15,539 bases of DNA from the IMG/VR virus record IMGVR_UViG_3300045988_127212, positions 1 through 15,539 of that record. One strand, given 5' to 3'. Source of the stretch: a virus. Shown in pieces: positions 1 to 8,804 of this stretch; positions within the stretch are counted from its first letter, which is position 1; the number at the start of each line of letters is the position of its first letter. Position numbers and translations under genes: made by a program. The notes beneath the pieces were generated by a model, which was not told the DNA's origin, made no database searches, and saw nothing but the letters and a program-made list of their open reading frames with translations.

Positions 1-55
1 ACCTGTGCAACGAATTTCGTACCAGGAACGCCGCTTAGCTGACCAAACTTTTATT
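1..55. repeat. 55-nt terminal overlap identical to 15485..15539 (circular closure of the contig)
   Basis: By direct comparison, acctgtgcaacgaatttcgtaccaggaacgccgcttagctgaccaaacttttatt occurs at both ends. It lies inside the terL reading frame. Confidence 0.95.
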
Positions 56-268
56 ACCGCCGCCCGCGACGATCACACGCTAATTCACGACGGCGCTAGC
101 GTGCTCAGGCAAGCTATTTCAGCCGCGCAGATTCGCCGCGTGAACGGAATGGAACTACTCGACCGCGAAAAAAGCCTGGCACCCATCCCATCGCTTATCG
201 CCGCGTCAATCGCGATCTACGCAGATACACACCGCGTGGAAGACTACGTACCCACGCTTGTTGCCTAA
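1..268 (+). CDS. terL: Terminase large subunit, C-terminal part (wrap-around continuation of 14340..15539); stop TAA at 266..268
   Basis: Codon phase: position 2 equals 15486, which is a codon start in the 14340 frame. The track ORF 5..268 is in the same frame, and its apparent GTG start is internal. Confidence 0.85.
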   Translation, partial: PVQRISYQERRLADQTFITAARDDHTLIHDGASVLRQAISAAQIRRVNGMELLDREKSLAPIPSLIAASIAIYADTHRVEDYVPTLVA

Positions 269-305
269 CAGCCCGCAGCGTGGCATGAATGACCCTGGAT
301 AACCC

Positions 306-348
306 AAACGCGGCCGATTAGTAGACGCGCGCGTACCCACCCGCGTTT
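306..348. repeat. Nested dyad symmetry in the terL-portal gap: AAACGCGG (306..313) / CCGCGTTT (341..348) enclosing the palindrome ACGCGCGCGT (325..334)
   Basis: Read directly from the sequence. It is followed by TTATT. Function unknown. Confidence 0.6.
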
Positions 349-358
349 TATTGCCGGT

Positions 359-1528
359 ATGGACATTCGTTCGAAATTGCTTTCCGCGATCGGCTTCACG
401 ACCCGCGCCGCCGTGCCTCAGTCGCTAAACAATACGCTGACCGCGTTGCGATCGACGACGAACGTTCAACCCCTCCCACCCGAAGCCGCCGTATCGCTTT
501 CCGCTGTTTACAGGTCAATTAGCATTATCTCTACCGCTATGCGACAGCTCAGCTTGACAGTGGAACGCGGCGGCGCACAACTTCCGGCGAAGGATATCCC
601 CGCGTGTATCCGGCGACCGAATTTGCACCAATCGCGCGGCGATTTCATCGAAGCGGCGACAATCTCCCTAGCATCGACCGGCAACGCATACATTAAAGTT
701 AACCGTTTCGGCGACAGTGTAGACGCGCTTACCGTGCTTAATCCGTGGGAATGCCAAGCTGTCATAGACACCGACACAGGTGTGAAGACTGTTTCCTACC
801 GTGGCAAGGTCTATCAGTTCGATGAAATCCTACACGTTCCACTGCTCACGCTACCCGGCGCAACGAACGGCCTTGGACCTATCCAAGCTTCCTATATGGA
901 ACTCTCGACGGCCCGCGACGTTCGCGACTTCGCCGCCGGCTGGTTCCGAAACAGCGGACAACCTTCGGGAATTCTTTCCACTGACCAGAAGGTGAGCACC
1001 GACGATCTTATAGCCATGCGAAACGCGTGGAATTACCTAGACCCAGACGGTAACCCGCTTGACATGTCCGCGAACCCTTCACGTATTCGCGTCTTCCCGC
1101 ATGGACTTACCTACACGCCTATTCTTATTTCCCCGCGTGAAGCGCAATGGCTTGAAGCGCAGCAATTCAACACGACGCAGATCGCGCGTATTTTCGGCAT
1201 TCCCGCGCCGCTCCTGCTCGCCGCCGTTGAAGGCAATGCGCAGACCTATAGCAACGTTGAACAGGAATGGATCGCGTTCACTCGCTTCACATTGCAGTCT
1301 TACATTTCCAAACTCGAAGACGCTCTAACAATGTGCGTACCGCGCGGGCAACGCGTGAAATTCAACGTTGAAGCACTGCTGCGATCAGACACCGCAAGCC
1401 GCTACGCCGCGCACAAGACAGCTATTGAAATCGGACTGTATTCACCGCAATACGCACGCGAAATTGAAGGTATCCCAGACACAGCCGCACCGAACCAGAC
1501 ACACGAAAGCGAAGGCGAAGGCGAATGA
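359..1528 (+). CDS. Portal protein (HK97-family type)
   Basis: 389 aa, sited between terL and the prohead protease. Sequence character is portal-like (..NAYIKVNR.., ..QWLEAQQFNTTQIARIFGIPAPLL..) with an acidic C-terminal tail. Its stop overlaps the next start as ATGA. Confidence 0.85.
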   Translation: MDIRSKLLSAIGFTTRAAVPQSLNNTLTALRSTTNVQPLPPEAAVSLSAVYRSISIISTAMRQLSLTVERGGAQLPAKDIPACIRRPNLHQSRGDFIEAATISLASTGNAYIKVNRFGDSVDALTVLNPWECQAVIDTDTGVKTVSYRGKVYQFDEILHVPLLTLPGATNGLGPIQASYMELSTARDVRDFAAGWFRNSGQPSGILSTDQKVSTDDLIAMRNAWNYLDPDGNPLDMSANPSRIRVFPHGLTYTPILISPREAQWLEAQQFNTTQIARIFGIPAPLLLAAVEGNAQTYSNVEQEWIAFTRFTLQSYISKLEDALTMCVPRGQRVKFNVEALLRSDTASRYAAHKTAIEIGLYSPQYAREIEGIPDTAAPNQTHESEGEGE

Positions 1529-3075
1529 ACCTAGACCAGCTACAGACACGTTCGCTTGCATTTAGGGCGAAAATCGACGGCTTGACCGTTGAAGGTATCG
1601 GCGTACCTTTTAATCGAGAAATCGAATTCGGCGGCTGGTACGAACAGTTCGCGCCCGGAAGCATCGACGACGAAGGCGCAATCCTGCGCTATGGACACAC
1701 CGAACCTATCGGCGTAATCACCCACGCCGAAGACACCGACCATGGCCGCAAGATTACCGCCCGCATCTCTGATACGCAGCGCGGCCGCGATATCGCGCAG
1801 CTTATCCGTGACGGTGTGCTCACTAAATTTTCGATTGGATTCGAACCACTCGAATACACCACCGACGAAAACCAGGAATCTACGCACATCACCTACACCC
1901 GCGTGAAGGCGCGTGAATTCTCAGTAGTCGAATTCCCAGCCTACGACACCGCGACAATTTCCGAAATCCGCAAACAACCAGACCAGGAACCCGTTAGGAC
2001 CCAGCACATGAACATTGAAGAAATCCGTTCCCAGATCACCGAAGCCATTACACCGCTCACGTCTGCTATCGACGACTGCGAACGCGAAATCCGTTCCCTT
2101 CGCACTGCGACAGATCGCAACGCCGAAACCCCGTTCGAATTCCGTTCCCTTGGCGCATACGTGAAGGCTCTCGCCGCCCGCGACGAAATGGCAACCCGCG
2201 CATTTGAAGGCGCAACCATTGGCCGCACCGTCGCCCGCCCGGCCTGGCTTGGCTCGCTTGAAAAGCGAATGAACGCAAAGCAAGTCGTTACGAACTTGTT
2301 CACTCACACGACCGATTTGCCCGCCGAAGGAATGACCGTCGAATACGCCGTGAAGAAGGGCGCAACCACGATCGGCATTGACAACGATCACAAGGAAGGC
2401 GAAGCGCTTCCCACCGGTAAGCCCGCCGAATACGAAGTGAAGTCCGCGCCTGTCCTTACCTACGCCGGCGGCGCTGAAATCAGCTTCGAAGCCGTTGAAC
2501 GCGCCTCAATCTCCCTGCTTGACGACATGCTATTTGATCAGGCATTCGCCTATGCAACGGCAATTGAGACGAAGACCCGCGAAGTCTTCAATACTGCCGT
2601 GACTACCGCCGAAACCACGCCGTTGAAGACGATTGCTAGCCTTCGCGCCGCGACCGTGAACGACTGGACCGACTTCGTTCTAGCACTGATCGACGCATAC
2701 GACGCAACGCCGTATGTGCTCGACGGCCTGGCAGTCTCGCCGGCCGTGTTCCAGGCTCTCGCCGGACTCGATCGCGCACCCAAGGCCCTGCAATTCTCTG
2801 GTGCACCCGTCGACCATCAGGGCACGATTACCCTTCCTTCGGGACGCGGCGACTTCGCAACGATCACCGTTCAGCGAATCCCGAACTGGACTGGTAACCA
2901 CGCGGTTGGCTACGCCCGCGAAGCTATCCGAATCAAGGAAGCGCCCGGCGCGCCGTACCGCTTGCAGGACTCGCAGATTTTCAGCCTCACCAAGCAATTC
3001 GCCGTTTACGGCTACGCTTCGCACTTCGCGCCGAAGCCTGAACTGATTAAGGCACTCAAGTTCAATGCAGCCTGA
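1525..3075 (+). CDS. Prohead protease (HK97/S78-like), scaffold-like linker and major capsid protein fused in one ORF
   Basis: 516 aa. The N-terminal ~150 aa carry protease-like motifs LRYGHTEPIG and KFSIGFEP. A helical, charged segment spans roughly residues 162-235. The C-terminal ~280 aa look capsid-like and sit at the capsid position, after the portal and before the head-tail adaptor. Confidence 0.8.
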   Translation: MNLDQLQTRSLAFRAKIDGLTVEGIGVPFNREIEFGGWYEQFAPGSIDDEGAILRYGHTEPIGVITHAEDTDHGRKITARISDTQRGRDIAQLIRDGVLTKFSIGFEPLEYTTDENQESTHITYTRVKAREFSVVEFPAYDTATISEIRKQPDQEPVRTQHMNIEEIRSQITEAITPLTSAIDDCEREIRSLRTATDRNAETPFEFRSLGAYVKALAARDEMATRAFEGATIGRTVARPAWLGSLEKRMNAKQVVTNLFTHTTDLPAEGMTVEYAVKKGATTIGIDNDHKEGEALPTGKPAEYEVKSAPVLTYAGGAEISFEAVERASISLLDDMLFDQAFAYATAIETKTREVFNTAVTTAETTPLKTIASLRAATVNDWTDFVLALIDAYDATPYVLDGLAVSPAVFQALAGLDRAPKALQFSGAPVDHQGTITLPSGRGDFATITVQRIPNWTGNHAVGYAREAIRIKEAPGAPYRLQDSQIFSLTKQFAVYGYASHFAPKPELIKALKFNAA

Positions 3076-3388
3076 TGAAGCCATGATTAGCGCGGCCGCT
3101 GAATACGTACATGCAACCGGCGGCGATAGGCAGTTTGTCGCCGAATGCACGACGGCGGCGGCCGCGCTAGTCGACCGGTTTATAGGCACTAGCAAGGTGC
3201 CCGCCGATATCCGAAAGTCAGCGATTCTAGAAGTCACTGCGAACCTCTTTAATCGCCGCTCTTCTAGCCGCGACGCGTCAACCGCGTTGGACGCTGATTC
3301 TACGGCCTCATTCTTTAGGCCCGCTCTCGACCCGCTCACGCCCGCATATCCCATGCTACGCCCGTTCATGAAAGCCGCGTTTGTCTGA
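3065..3388 (+). CDS. Head-tail adaptor/connector (gp6-like)
   Basis: 107 aa, immediately after the capsid gene. Size and pattern (..AAALVDRFIG...AILEVTANLFNRR) are typical of head-tail connector proteins. An alternative start is ATG 3083. Confidence 0.55.
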   Translation: MQPDEAMISAAAEYVHATGGDRQFVAECTTAAAALVDRFIGTSKVPADIRKSAILEVTANLFNRRSSSRDASTALDADSTASFFRPALDPLTPAYPMLRPFMKAAFV

Positions 3389-3741
3389 TGTTTTACGACA
3401 TTAACGAAATCATTGAAGACGCGACAATACAGGGCCTAACTGTAACCGCTGACCCTACCGCGCTTCGCCCGGCGCTAGCCGCCGGCGAAACGTGCCTATG
3501 GATTGGCGCACCCGAAGCAATCGAGTTCGAAGGTTATGGACAAGGAACCTGCACATGGGCAACCGTGATCGTTCACCCGAACTACCGCGACCACATGGCC
3601 GCACTGCCCGAAATGCTTGCCCTGGCCGAAACCCTTGAACCGCGCCTGGCAGTTACCAGGATTCGACCGGACACGATCGACCTGGCAGGAACCGTTTACC
3701 CAGCCCTTGAACTTTCGTTCGAAACAACATTTAGGAAGTGA
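3388..3741 (+). CDS. Head-tail joining / neck protein, exact role unknown
   Basis: 117 aa with a TGATG overlap onto the upstream gene. Assignment is by position between adaptor and tail tube gene; I recognise no specific motif. Confidence 0.4.
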   Translation: MFYDINEIIEDATIQGLTVTADPTALRPALAAGETCLWIGAPEAIEFEGYGQGTCTWATVIVHPNYRDHMAALPEMLALAETLEPRLAVTRIRPDTIDLAGTVYPALELSFETTFRK

Positions 3742-3746
3742 AAAAC

Positions 3747-4172
3747 ATGGCCGAAAAATTCCCTAAGCTTGGCCCTGGAACCTTGAAGTTCGGCGAAACC
3801 GCTAGTGCACGCGAATTCGCCGCGCGCCTGTCTAGCGTGAAATACACGCCTTCAATGAAAGACGAAGACCCTATCGCTCTCTTGGACGGCTCAGAATTCG
3901 TTCCTAGCGGCGACGTGACCGGCGAACTGTCTGGAACGTTCTATCAAGACTTTGATAAGACCGGAATTGTCGCATGGACCTATGCGCACGCCGGCGAAGT
4001 CATGCCCTACATTTTCAAGCCGAACAACAATGAGCAAATGACCTTGAAGGGCAAGGTGAAGATTACGCCGGTTGTGATCGGCGGCGACGTAAAGAAGGAG
4101 AACACCACCGACTTCACGTTTACGACCGTAGGCGGGCTTCCCACAATCGAATTCGGAAACGTGCCCGGGTAA
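3747..4172 (+). CDS. Major tail (tube) protein, putative
   Basis: The track ORF starts at GTG 3738. ATG 3747 is preferred because AGGAAG (3733..3738) lies 8 nt upstream. The product is about 141 aa; GPGTLKFGE...VVIGGDVKKENTTDFTFT resembles small siphovirus tail tube proteins. Confidence 0.55.
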   Translation: MAEKFPKLGPGTLKFGETASAREFAARLSSVKYTPSMKDEDPIALLDGSEFVPSGDVTGELSGTFYQDFDKTGIVAWTYAHAGEVMPYIFKPNNNEQMTLKGKVKITPVVIGGDVKKENTTDFTFTTVGGLPTIEFGNVPG

Positions 4173-4174
4173 TC

Positions 4175-4621
4175 GTGGGAAGCGGACGCGGTAAAAGCCC
4201 GCTCTTCGAAGTCGCAAACGCTAGAGAGTATCGCCGGCGAATGAAAGCCGCCGGCGACTCTCTAGAAGACCTCAAACAACTTCACAAAGACGTTGCAACG
4301 CTTGTTGTCGCCGAAGCGCAGCGACTTGTTCCGCGCAAAGACCAAGACCTAGCCGGGACAATCCGCGCAAGTGGAACAAAAACCGCCGCAATCGCCCGCG
4401 CCGGTAACAAGCGAATCAGGTACGCAGGAATGATTCAGTGGGGACGAAAGATTTGGCCCTCTGTACGTGCTAAAAAACCGCCGTCTGGCCGCGAAAAGCA
4501 TGATTCTGTGTACCTTCCTAGTCTGTTCCTCACCCGCGCCGCCGCTGACAGCGAACCGAAGTGGGTAGGAATGTATATCGACCATATTGAGAACTCATTA
4601 GAGAAAGCCGCCGAATCATGA
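4175..4621 (+). CDS. HK97 gp10-like tail completion / head-tail joining protein
   Basis: 148 aa. The pattern AEAQRLVPRKDQDLAGTIRASG...RIRYAGMIQWG...LFLTRAA fits the HK97 gp10-family layout (PxxTGxLxxSI ... YAxxxxxG ... FLxxA). Start is GTG with a weak RBS. Confidence 0.55.
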   Translation: MGSGRGKSPLFEVANAREYRRRMKAAGDSLEDLKQLHKDVATLVVAEAQRLVPRKDQDLAGTIRASGTKTAAIARAGNKRIRYAGMIQWGRKIWPSVRAKKPPSGREKHDSVYLPSLFLTRAAADSEPKWVGMYIDHIENSLEKAAES

Positions 4622-4893
4622 TTCAAAAGACATTCGTTTCTTACGAACTCGCAGACGGACAAACCGGAACCGCGCGCATTTTGGCGTTCGACAAGATCAT
4701 TGCCGAACGTACCTGCCAAATGAATTCATGGGAATTCAAGGACGGCCCGCGCCTGGCCTCAGTCATTCTTTACGCCGCGCTTCAGCGCCTTCACGTCATT
4801 GAAGAAGTGTCCTACGAAGAGTTCGCAGAAAAGATTCTTGTTGACTACTCACCCAGCGACGCGCCCGAAGACACGGGAAACCCTACCCGGTAG
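4618..4893 (+). CDS. Tail assembly chaperone (G-like, zero-frame product)
   Basis: 91 aa, acidic, immediately upstream of the tape measure gene. It has an ATGA overlap with the upstream gene and contains the slippery heptamer near its 3' end. Confidence 0.7.
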   Translation: MIQKTFVSYELADGQTGTARILAFDKIIAERTCQMNSWEFKDGPRLASVILYAALQRLHVIEEVSYEEFAEKILVDYSPSDAPEDTGNPTR

Positions 4894-5021
4894 GCGAATG
4901 GACCGCCGCCGTTGTCGCACTAGCCATGCGAACAGGTATCCCCGTTTCCGCATGGCTTAGCGAACCCGCCGAAATTCTTGAAACAGCTTTAACGATCGCC
5001 TTCAATTCTGAAAAGGGGTAA
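4618..5021 (+). CDS. Tail assembly chaperone -1 frameshift product (GT-like), about 134 aa
   Basis: After a -1 slip at G_GGA_AAC (4875..4881) the frame stays open to TAA 5019..5021 and encodes ..PYPVGEWTAAVVALAMRTGIPVSAWLSEPAEILETALTIAFNSEKG. It ends 4 nt before the tape measure ATG. Confidence 0.65.
4875..4881 (+). promoter_or_regulatory. Programmed -1 ribosomal frameshift slippery heptamer GGGAAAC (X_XXY_YYZ)
   Basis: In the zero frame it reads acG GGA AAC. The lambda G/GT site is GGGAAAG. It lies 10 nt before the zero-frame stop. Confidence 0.65.
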
Positions 5022-5025
5022 CCAC

Positions 5026-7032
5026 ATGGGTTCAGGTAAGAGCGCAATTCTTGCCGTGAAGATTCTTGGCGACGCACAAGGCGCAGTTAAGGCAATTAAA
5101 GACACTGAGGATGCCGGCGGCGGCCTATTCTCCAAAATCACAGGCGGCCTTCCAAGCTTCGCAATGATTGGCACGGTAGCCGCCGGCGCGGCGATCGCCG
5201 CCGGTAAGGCTCTTTACGGTATCGGCGAAGCGTTCGACGAAGTAGAAGACACTATCCGCGTGGGCACAGGCGCTACCGGCGACGCTCTAAAAGGCTTGGT
5301 AGACGATGCCCACGCCGTCGCTACCAGTATCCCCACATCTTTCGAAGATGCCGGGAAAACGGTAGCCGACTTAAACACGCGCCTTGGTTTATCCGGCGAC
5401 CAGCTGCAAACCGTCGCTAAACAATATCTTGAAGCCGGCCGCATTCTCGGCGAAGACGTTGACGTAAACACAACCACCGCAGCGTTCCACGCGTTCAACC
5501 TGGAAAACGACCAGGTCAGCGGCGCAATGGACAACCTATTCAGGGTATCGCAAGCAACCGGCGTGGGAATTAACGACCTTGCCGGGAAAATGACCGCCGG
5601 CGCTGAAACGCTGAACAACCTTGGATTTAGCTTCGAAGAAGGCGCTGCCCTCATTGGCGCTCTCGATAAGGCCGGCGTAGACAGCGCCGCAACGCTTGGC
5701 GTAATGAAAAAGGGAATGCTTGCCGTCGCTAAGCCCGGCGAAGATATGCAATCCGCATTTTTCCGCGTCACACGCGAAATTGAAGAATTCACCGCCCGCG
5801 GCGACACGGCCGGCGCGCTCGACCTGGCCGGAAAGGTCTTCGGTACCAAGGGCGCGGCTCAAATGGTACAAGCGATTAAAAGCGGTTCCATTAACATTGA
5901 CGACCTCATGGGGAAGATCGGCGCTACTGGTGATTCGATTCTCAAGGTAGGAGAAGAAACCCAGGACGCAGCGGAAAAATGGACGATTCTTAAAAACCGT
6001 GGAATGGAAGCGCTTCGCCCGCTCGCCGAAGGGGCGTTTAGCCTGGTAGGCGATGCGCTAGGCAAGCTCATGGATTTTATCGACGGACTAGACTTCACGC
6101 CGGTAACAAGCGCGTTCCAGGCCGCCGCGCCTTGGCTTTCAAGCACCGCCGAAAACCTTATGACGCTTGGCGCGTCCGTTATGAATATGGTGTCTTCCGT
6201 TTGGTCATTCGTTCAGCCTATCCTTATGCAGTTCGCGCCAGTCGTTATGTCGATTATCGACACGGTTAAAACGTACATTGGCGACCTGATCGGCGTTATT
6301 CAGAACGTCGTTTCATTCGTTACTGCAATCTTTAACGGCGATTGGTCCGCCGCGTGGGAAGCCGCAAAGAACATCGTTTCGGGTACGCTGTCGCTAGTTT
6401 CTAATCTCATTTCCAACATTTGGAACACGATTAGCAACATTTTCACCGGAATTAAGAACGTCATTGTGAACCTCTGGTCTTCCGCGTGGGACTTCGTGAA
6501 AACCGCCGCTTCTAACGGTGCTTCCGCACTGTGGAACACGATTAGCGGAATTCCAGGGCAAATTCTGTCAGCGCTAGGAAACGTTGGAAGCCTTCTTTAC
6601 AACGTGGGCCGCGACATTATCCAGGGCCTTATTAACGGTATTAAGAACATGGCCGGCGCGCTCTGGAACGGTATTAAAAGCACCGTTTCGGGCGCTGTGG
6701 ACGGTATTAAAAACTTCCTTGGCATTCATTCGCCTTCGCGCGTCTTTATGGAAATCGGCGAATTTTCCGGAACCGGCTTGATACTAGGACTAGAAAAGAA
6801 GAAGAACGCTGTACATAAGGCATACACAGACCTAGCGGCCGTTCCAAACCCCGGCGAATTCGCTATCCCTAATCCACGCTTCGCCGGCGGCCCCGGCGCT
6901 GCAAACGATCGCAACGCCGCCGTAACGATCAACATCACTGTTAACGGCGCGTTGGACGCAGACGCGACAGCCCGCGAAATTCAACGCGTACTACAGCGCG
7001 CTAATTGGCGTAACCAAGGGGTGCAACTCTAA
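5026..7032 (+). CDS. Tape measure protein
   Basis: 668 aa, Ala/Gly-rich and helical, with repeated WN(T/G)I(S/K) motifs and a C-proximal GIHSPSRVF motif common in tape measure proteins. The RBS AAGGGG lies upstream. Position after the G/GT chaperones fits. Confidence 0.9.
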   Translation: MGSGKSAILAVKILGDAQGAVKAIKDTEDAGGGLFSKITGGLPSFAMIGTVAAGAAIAAGKALYGIGEAFDEVEDTIRVGTGATGDALKGLVDDAHAVATSIPTSFEDAGKTVADLNTRLGLSGDQLQTVAKQYLEAGRILGEDVDVNTTTAAFHAFNLENDQVSGAMDNLFRVSQATGVGINDLAGKMTAGAETLNNLGFSFEEGAALIGALDKAGVDSAATLGVMKKGMLAVAKPGEDMQSAFFRVTREIEEFTARGDTAGALDLAGKVFGTKGAAQMVQAIKSGSINIDDLMGKIGATGDSILKVGEETQDAAEKWTILKNRGMEALRPLAEGAFSLVGDALGKLMDFIDGLDFTPVTSAFQAAAPWLSSTAENLMTLGASVMNMVSSVWSFVQPILMQFAPVVMSIIDTVKTYIGDLIGVIQNVVSFVTAIFNGDWSAAWEAAKNIVSGTLSLVSNLISNIWNTISNIFTGIKNVIVNLWSSAWDFVKTAASNGASALWNTISGIPGQILSALGNVGSLLYNVGRDIIQGLINGIKNMAGALWNGIKSTVSGAVDGIKNFLGIHSPSRVFMEIGEFSGTGLILGLEKKKNAVHKAYTDLAAVPNPGEFAIPNPRFAGGPGAANDRNAAVTINITVNGALDADATAREIQRVLQRANWRNQGVQL

Positions 7033-8789
7033 TGCTTGCCTCTTGTACTCTTAGCGTTGCAGGTCAGCGCGTTACCGCACTAGATAGCCTTACTGTCACG
7101 TGGGGACGCGATAACGCGACGACACAGCCGCCGGCGGCTACCTGCACCGCAAGCCTGTTCGTTGACGACGCAGCAACCGCACTGCAAATGTACACGATCG
7201 GCCGCAAGGTAACCGTTTCGTCTGATATTTCGACGTACACCACCGGAACCGCCGCAGTTTACCCGATTGCGCTTGCAGCTGCGCTTTACGGAACAATCGA
7301 CACGGCCGGCCGCATCCGCTCAGACGCAGACGGCGACGACCTAGCAATTTTGACATTGCCACCCGCGCAGATAAGCGACGACCCCGCCGCGTGGGACGCT
7401 ATTCCCGTCGCCGAATCAGGCACAACATGGACTATTGAAGCGGCGCTAGACCTACCGCCCGGCGCTAGCGTCTCTATCAGGCCCTGTTATTACGCGTCGC
7501 CGTCCGCGTCACCGACCTTCGGCGAAGAAATCGCGTCAATCAGGCAAACCGGAACAGTTCGCGCCGCGTTCACTATCCAACCTAACGCCCGCCGCAAGTG
7601 GGTTGGCGTTGTCTTGGTAGCCGGACCGACCGGCGTTACCTGGAATACCAGCCCCGTGCCCTGGAAGCCAGGCCCGCGCACCTGGACTGGCCTAAACACG
7701 ATCACGCTTCGAAGCATGCAAGTCACGCGCCCGAAGGAAGCGACAACGATTCAGGCCGAAGTTTTTGCTGGTTCGATTACAGACGTTTCCCTAGAGTTCA
7801 ACGAACAGGCCAAGCGGCCGGTACTACAGATCACAGCCGCCGATATGCTTGCCGAACTAGAGCATGTTCGCGTGTCAGCAGAGCCGTGGGCAACGCAACG
7901 GCTTTCCGACCGGTTAAACAATATCGTTCGCGCTCTCCCGCAATCTGTGACCCCTTCTATTACTGTTGACCCGGTTCCCGCGTCCCGTTCTTTGATCTGG
8001 CAAGATGCAGATAGCCAAAGCGCAGCAACCTTGTTTAAATCGGCGGCGACCAGTACCGGCGCGGTTCTTTGGTCAGCGACGCACAGGCTTACCGGCCCGT
8101 ACCTCAAATTCGAAGACCCGTCGACGCGCGGCGCGCTAGGCAAGCTCACCCTTGAAAACGGACAACTGCACGTTTCGGCGCAGAAAGCCGCGCACACGCT
8201 TTCAGCTTCCCAGCTACTCAGGGAAGGAACGCTAACGCAGTCTAACGGCGACGCGGCTAGCGTTGTGCGCTTGACGTGGAAAGAACCCGGCGTAGACGCA
8301 GACGGTAAGCGAACGGCAACAGATCGCACAATCACGATCGCAGATAAGGACCTCATTTCACGAATCGGTTACCGCGAAATCAGCCTATCAACGTCACTGG
8401 CTATCCAGGCCGAAGCCGAAGCCGCCGCCGCACGTCTATTCCGCACCTACCTACCAGGCGGCTTTAACATTCCGCGCCTGACGTGGGATACCCGCGTACA
8501 CCCTGAGAAGATCAACCCGGACACCCTGGCGACACTGCTCGACGCTACCCGGCGGCTTGGACTGATGCTATCGGTAACTGATCTTCCCGCATGGTATCCG
8601 GCGCGCACAATGACAACCTACATTGACGGCGGCCGCTACACGTATGAAAACCAGCGTTGGAAGCTAGAACTTAACGCGTCTACCACCGCCGCAACGGGAC
8701 GCGGCTTGACCTGGAACCAGCTACCGCCCGTTACCTGGAACAAGTCACGCCCGCTCACGTGGGCTCTTAGCGCTCGAATCACCTACTAG
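7032..8789 (+). CDS. Minor tail protein (distal tail / tail tip component)
   Basis: 585 aa, directly after the tape measure gene with a TAATG overlap. The N-terminus (..LSVAGQRVTALDSLTVTWGRDNATTQP..) resembles the first minor tail protein of actinophages. Confidence 0.65.
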   Translation: MLASCTLSVAGQRVTALDSLTVTWGRDNATTQPPAATCTASLFVDDAATALQMYTIGRKVTVSSDISTYTTGTAAVYPIALAAALYGTIDTAGRIRSDADGDDLAILTLPPAQISDDPAAWDAIPVAESGTTWTIEAALDLPPGASVSIRPCYYASPSASPTFGEEIASIRQTGTVRAAFTIQPNARRKWVGVVLVAGPTGVTWNTSPVPWKPGPRTWTGLNTITLRSMQVTRPKEATTIQAEVFAGSITDVSLEFNEQAKRPVLQITAADMLAELEHVRVSAEPWATQRLSDRLNNIVRALPQSVTPSITVDPVPASRSLIWQDADSQSAATLFKSAATSTGAVLWSATHRLTGPYLKFEDPSTRGALGKLTLENGQLHVSAQKAAHTLSASQLLREGTLTQSNGDAASVVRLTWKEPGVDADGKRTATDRTITIADKDLISRIGYREISLSTSLAIQAEAEAAAARLFRTYLPGGFNIPRLTWDTRVHPEKINPDTLATLLDATRRLGLMLSVTDLPAWYPARTMTTYIDGGRYTYENQRWKLELNASTTAATGRGLTWNQLPPVTWNKSRPLTWALSARITY

Positions 8790-8804
8790 AAAGGACAAAA
8801 GGAC

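Noticed and set aside
1-55. The 55-nt identical ends could be read as biological direct terminal repeats or as LTR-like boundaries of a mobile element.
   Set aside because: The repeat lies in the middle of the terL reading frame and preserves phase across the junction, and 55 is a common assembler k-mer. A circular-assembly overlap is the simpler explanation, and true termini are more likely near 13901..13977.
6421-6546. A 15-nt perfect direct repeat tggaacacgattagc (6421..6435 and 6532..6546, 111 nt = 37 codons apart), with further WN(T/G)I(S/K)-coding copies nearby. This could be taken for a DNA repeat array.
   Set aside because: It is in frame inside the tape measure gene and reflects the protein-level periodic repeats typical of tape measure proteins. 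It is not a CRISPR array, iteron set or other non-coding repeat.
1921-8356. Long minus-strand ORFs inside the structural module: 1921..2391, 2680..3369, 5214..5849, 5859..6146 and 7751..8356.
   Set aside because: They lie fully antisense to long plus-strand genes with recognisable functions. Their products are rich in Arg, Ser and Ala and of low complexity. They lack RBSs and are the expected shadow ORFs of GC-rich coding DNA.
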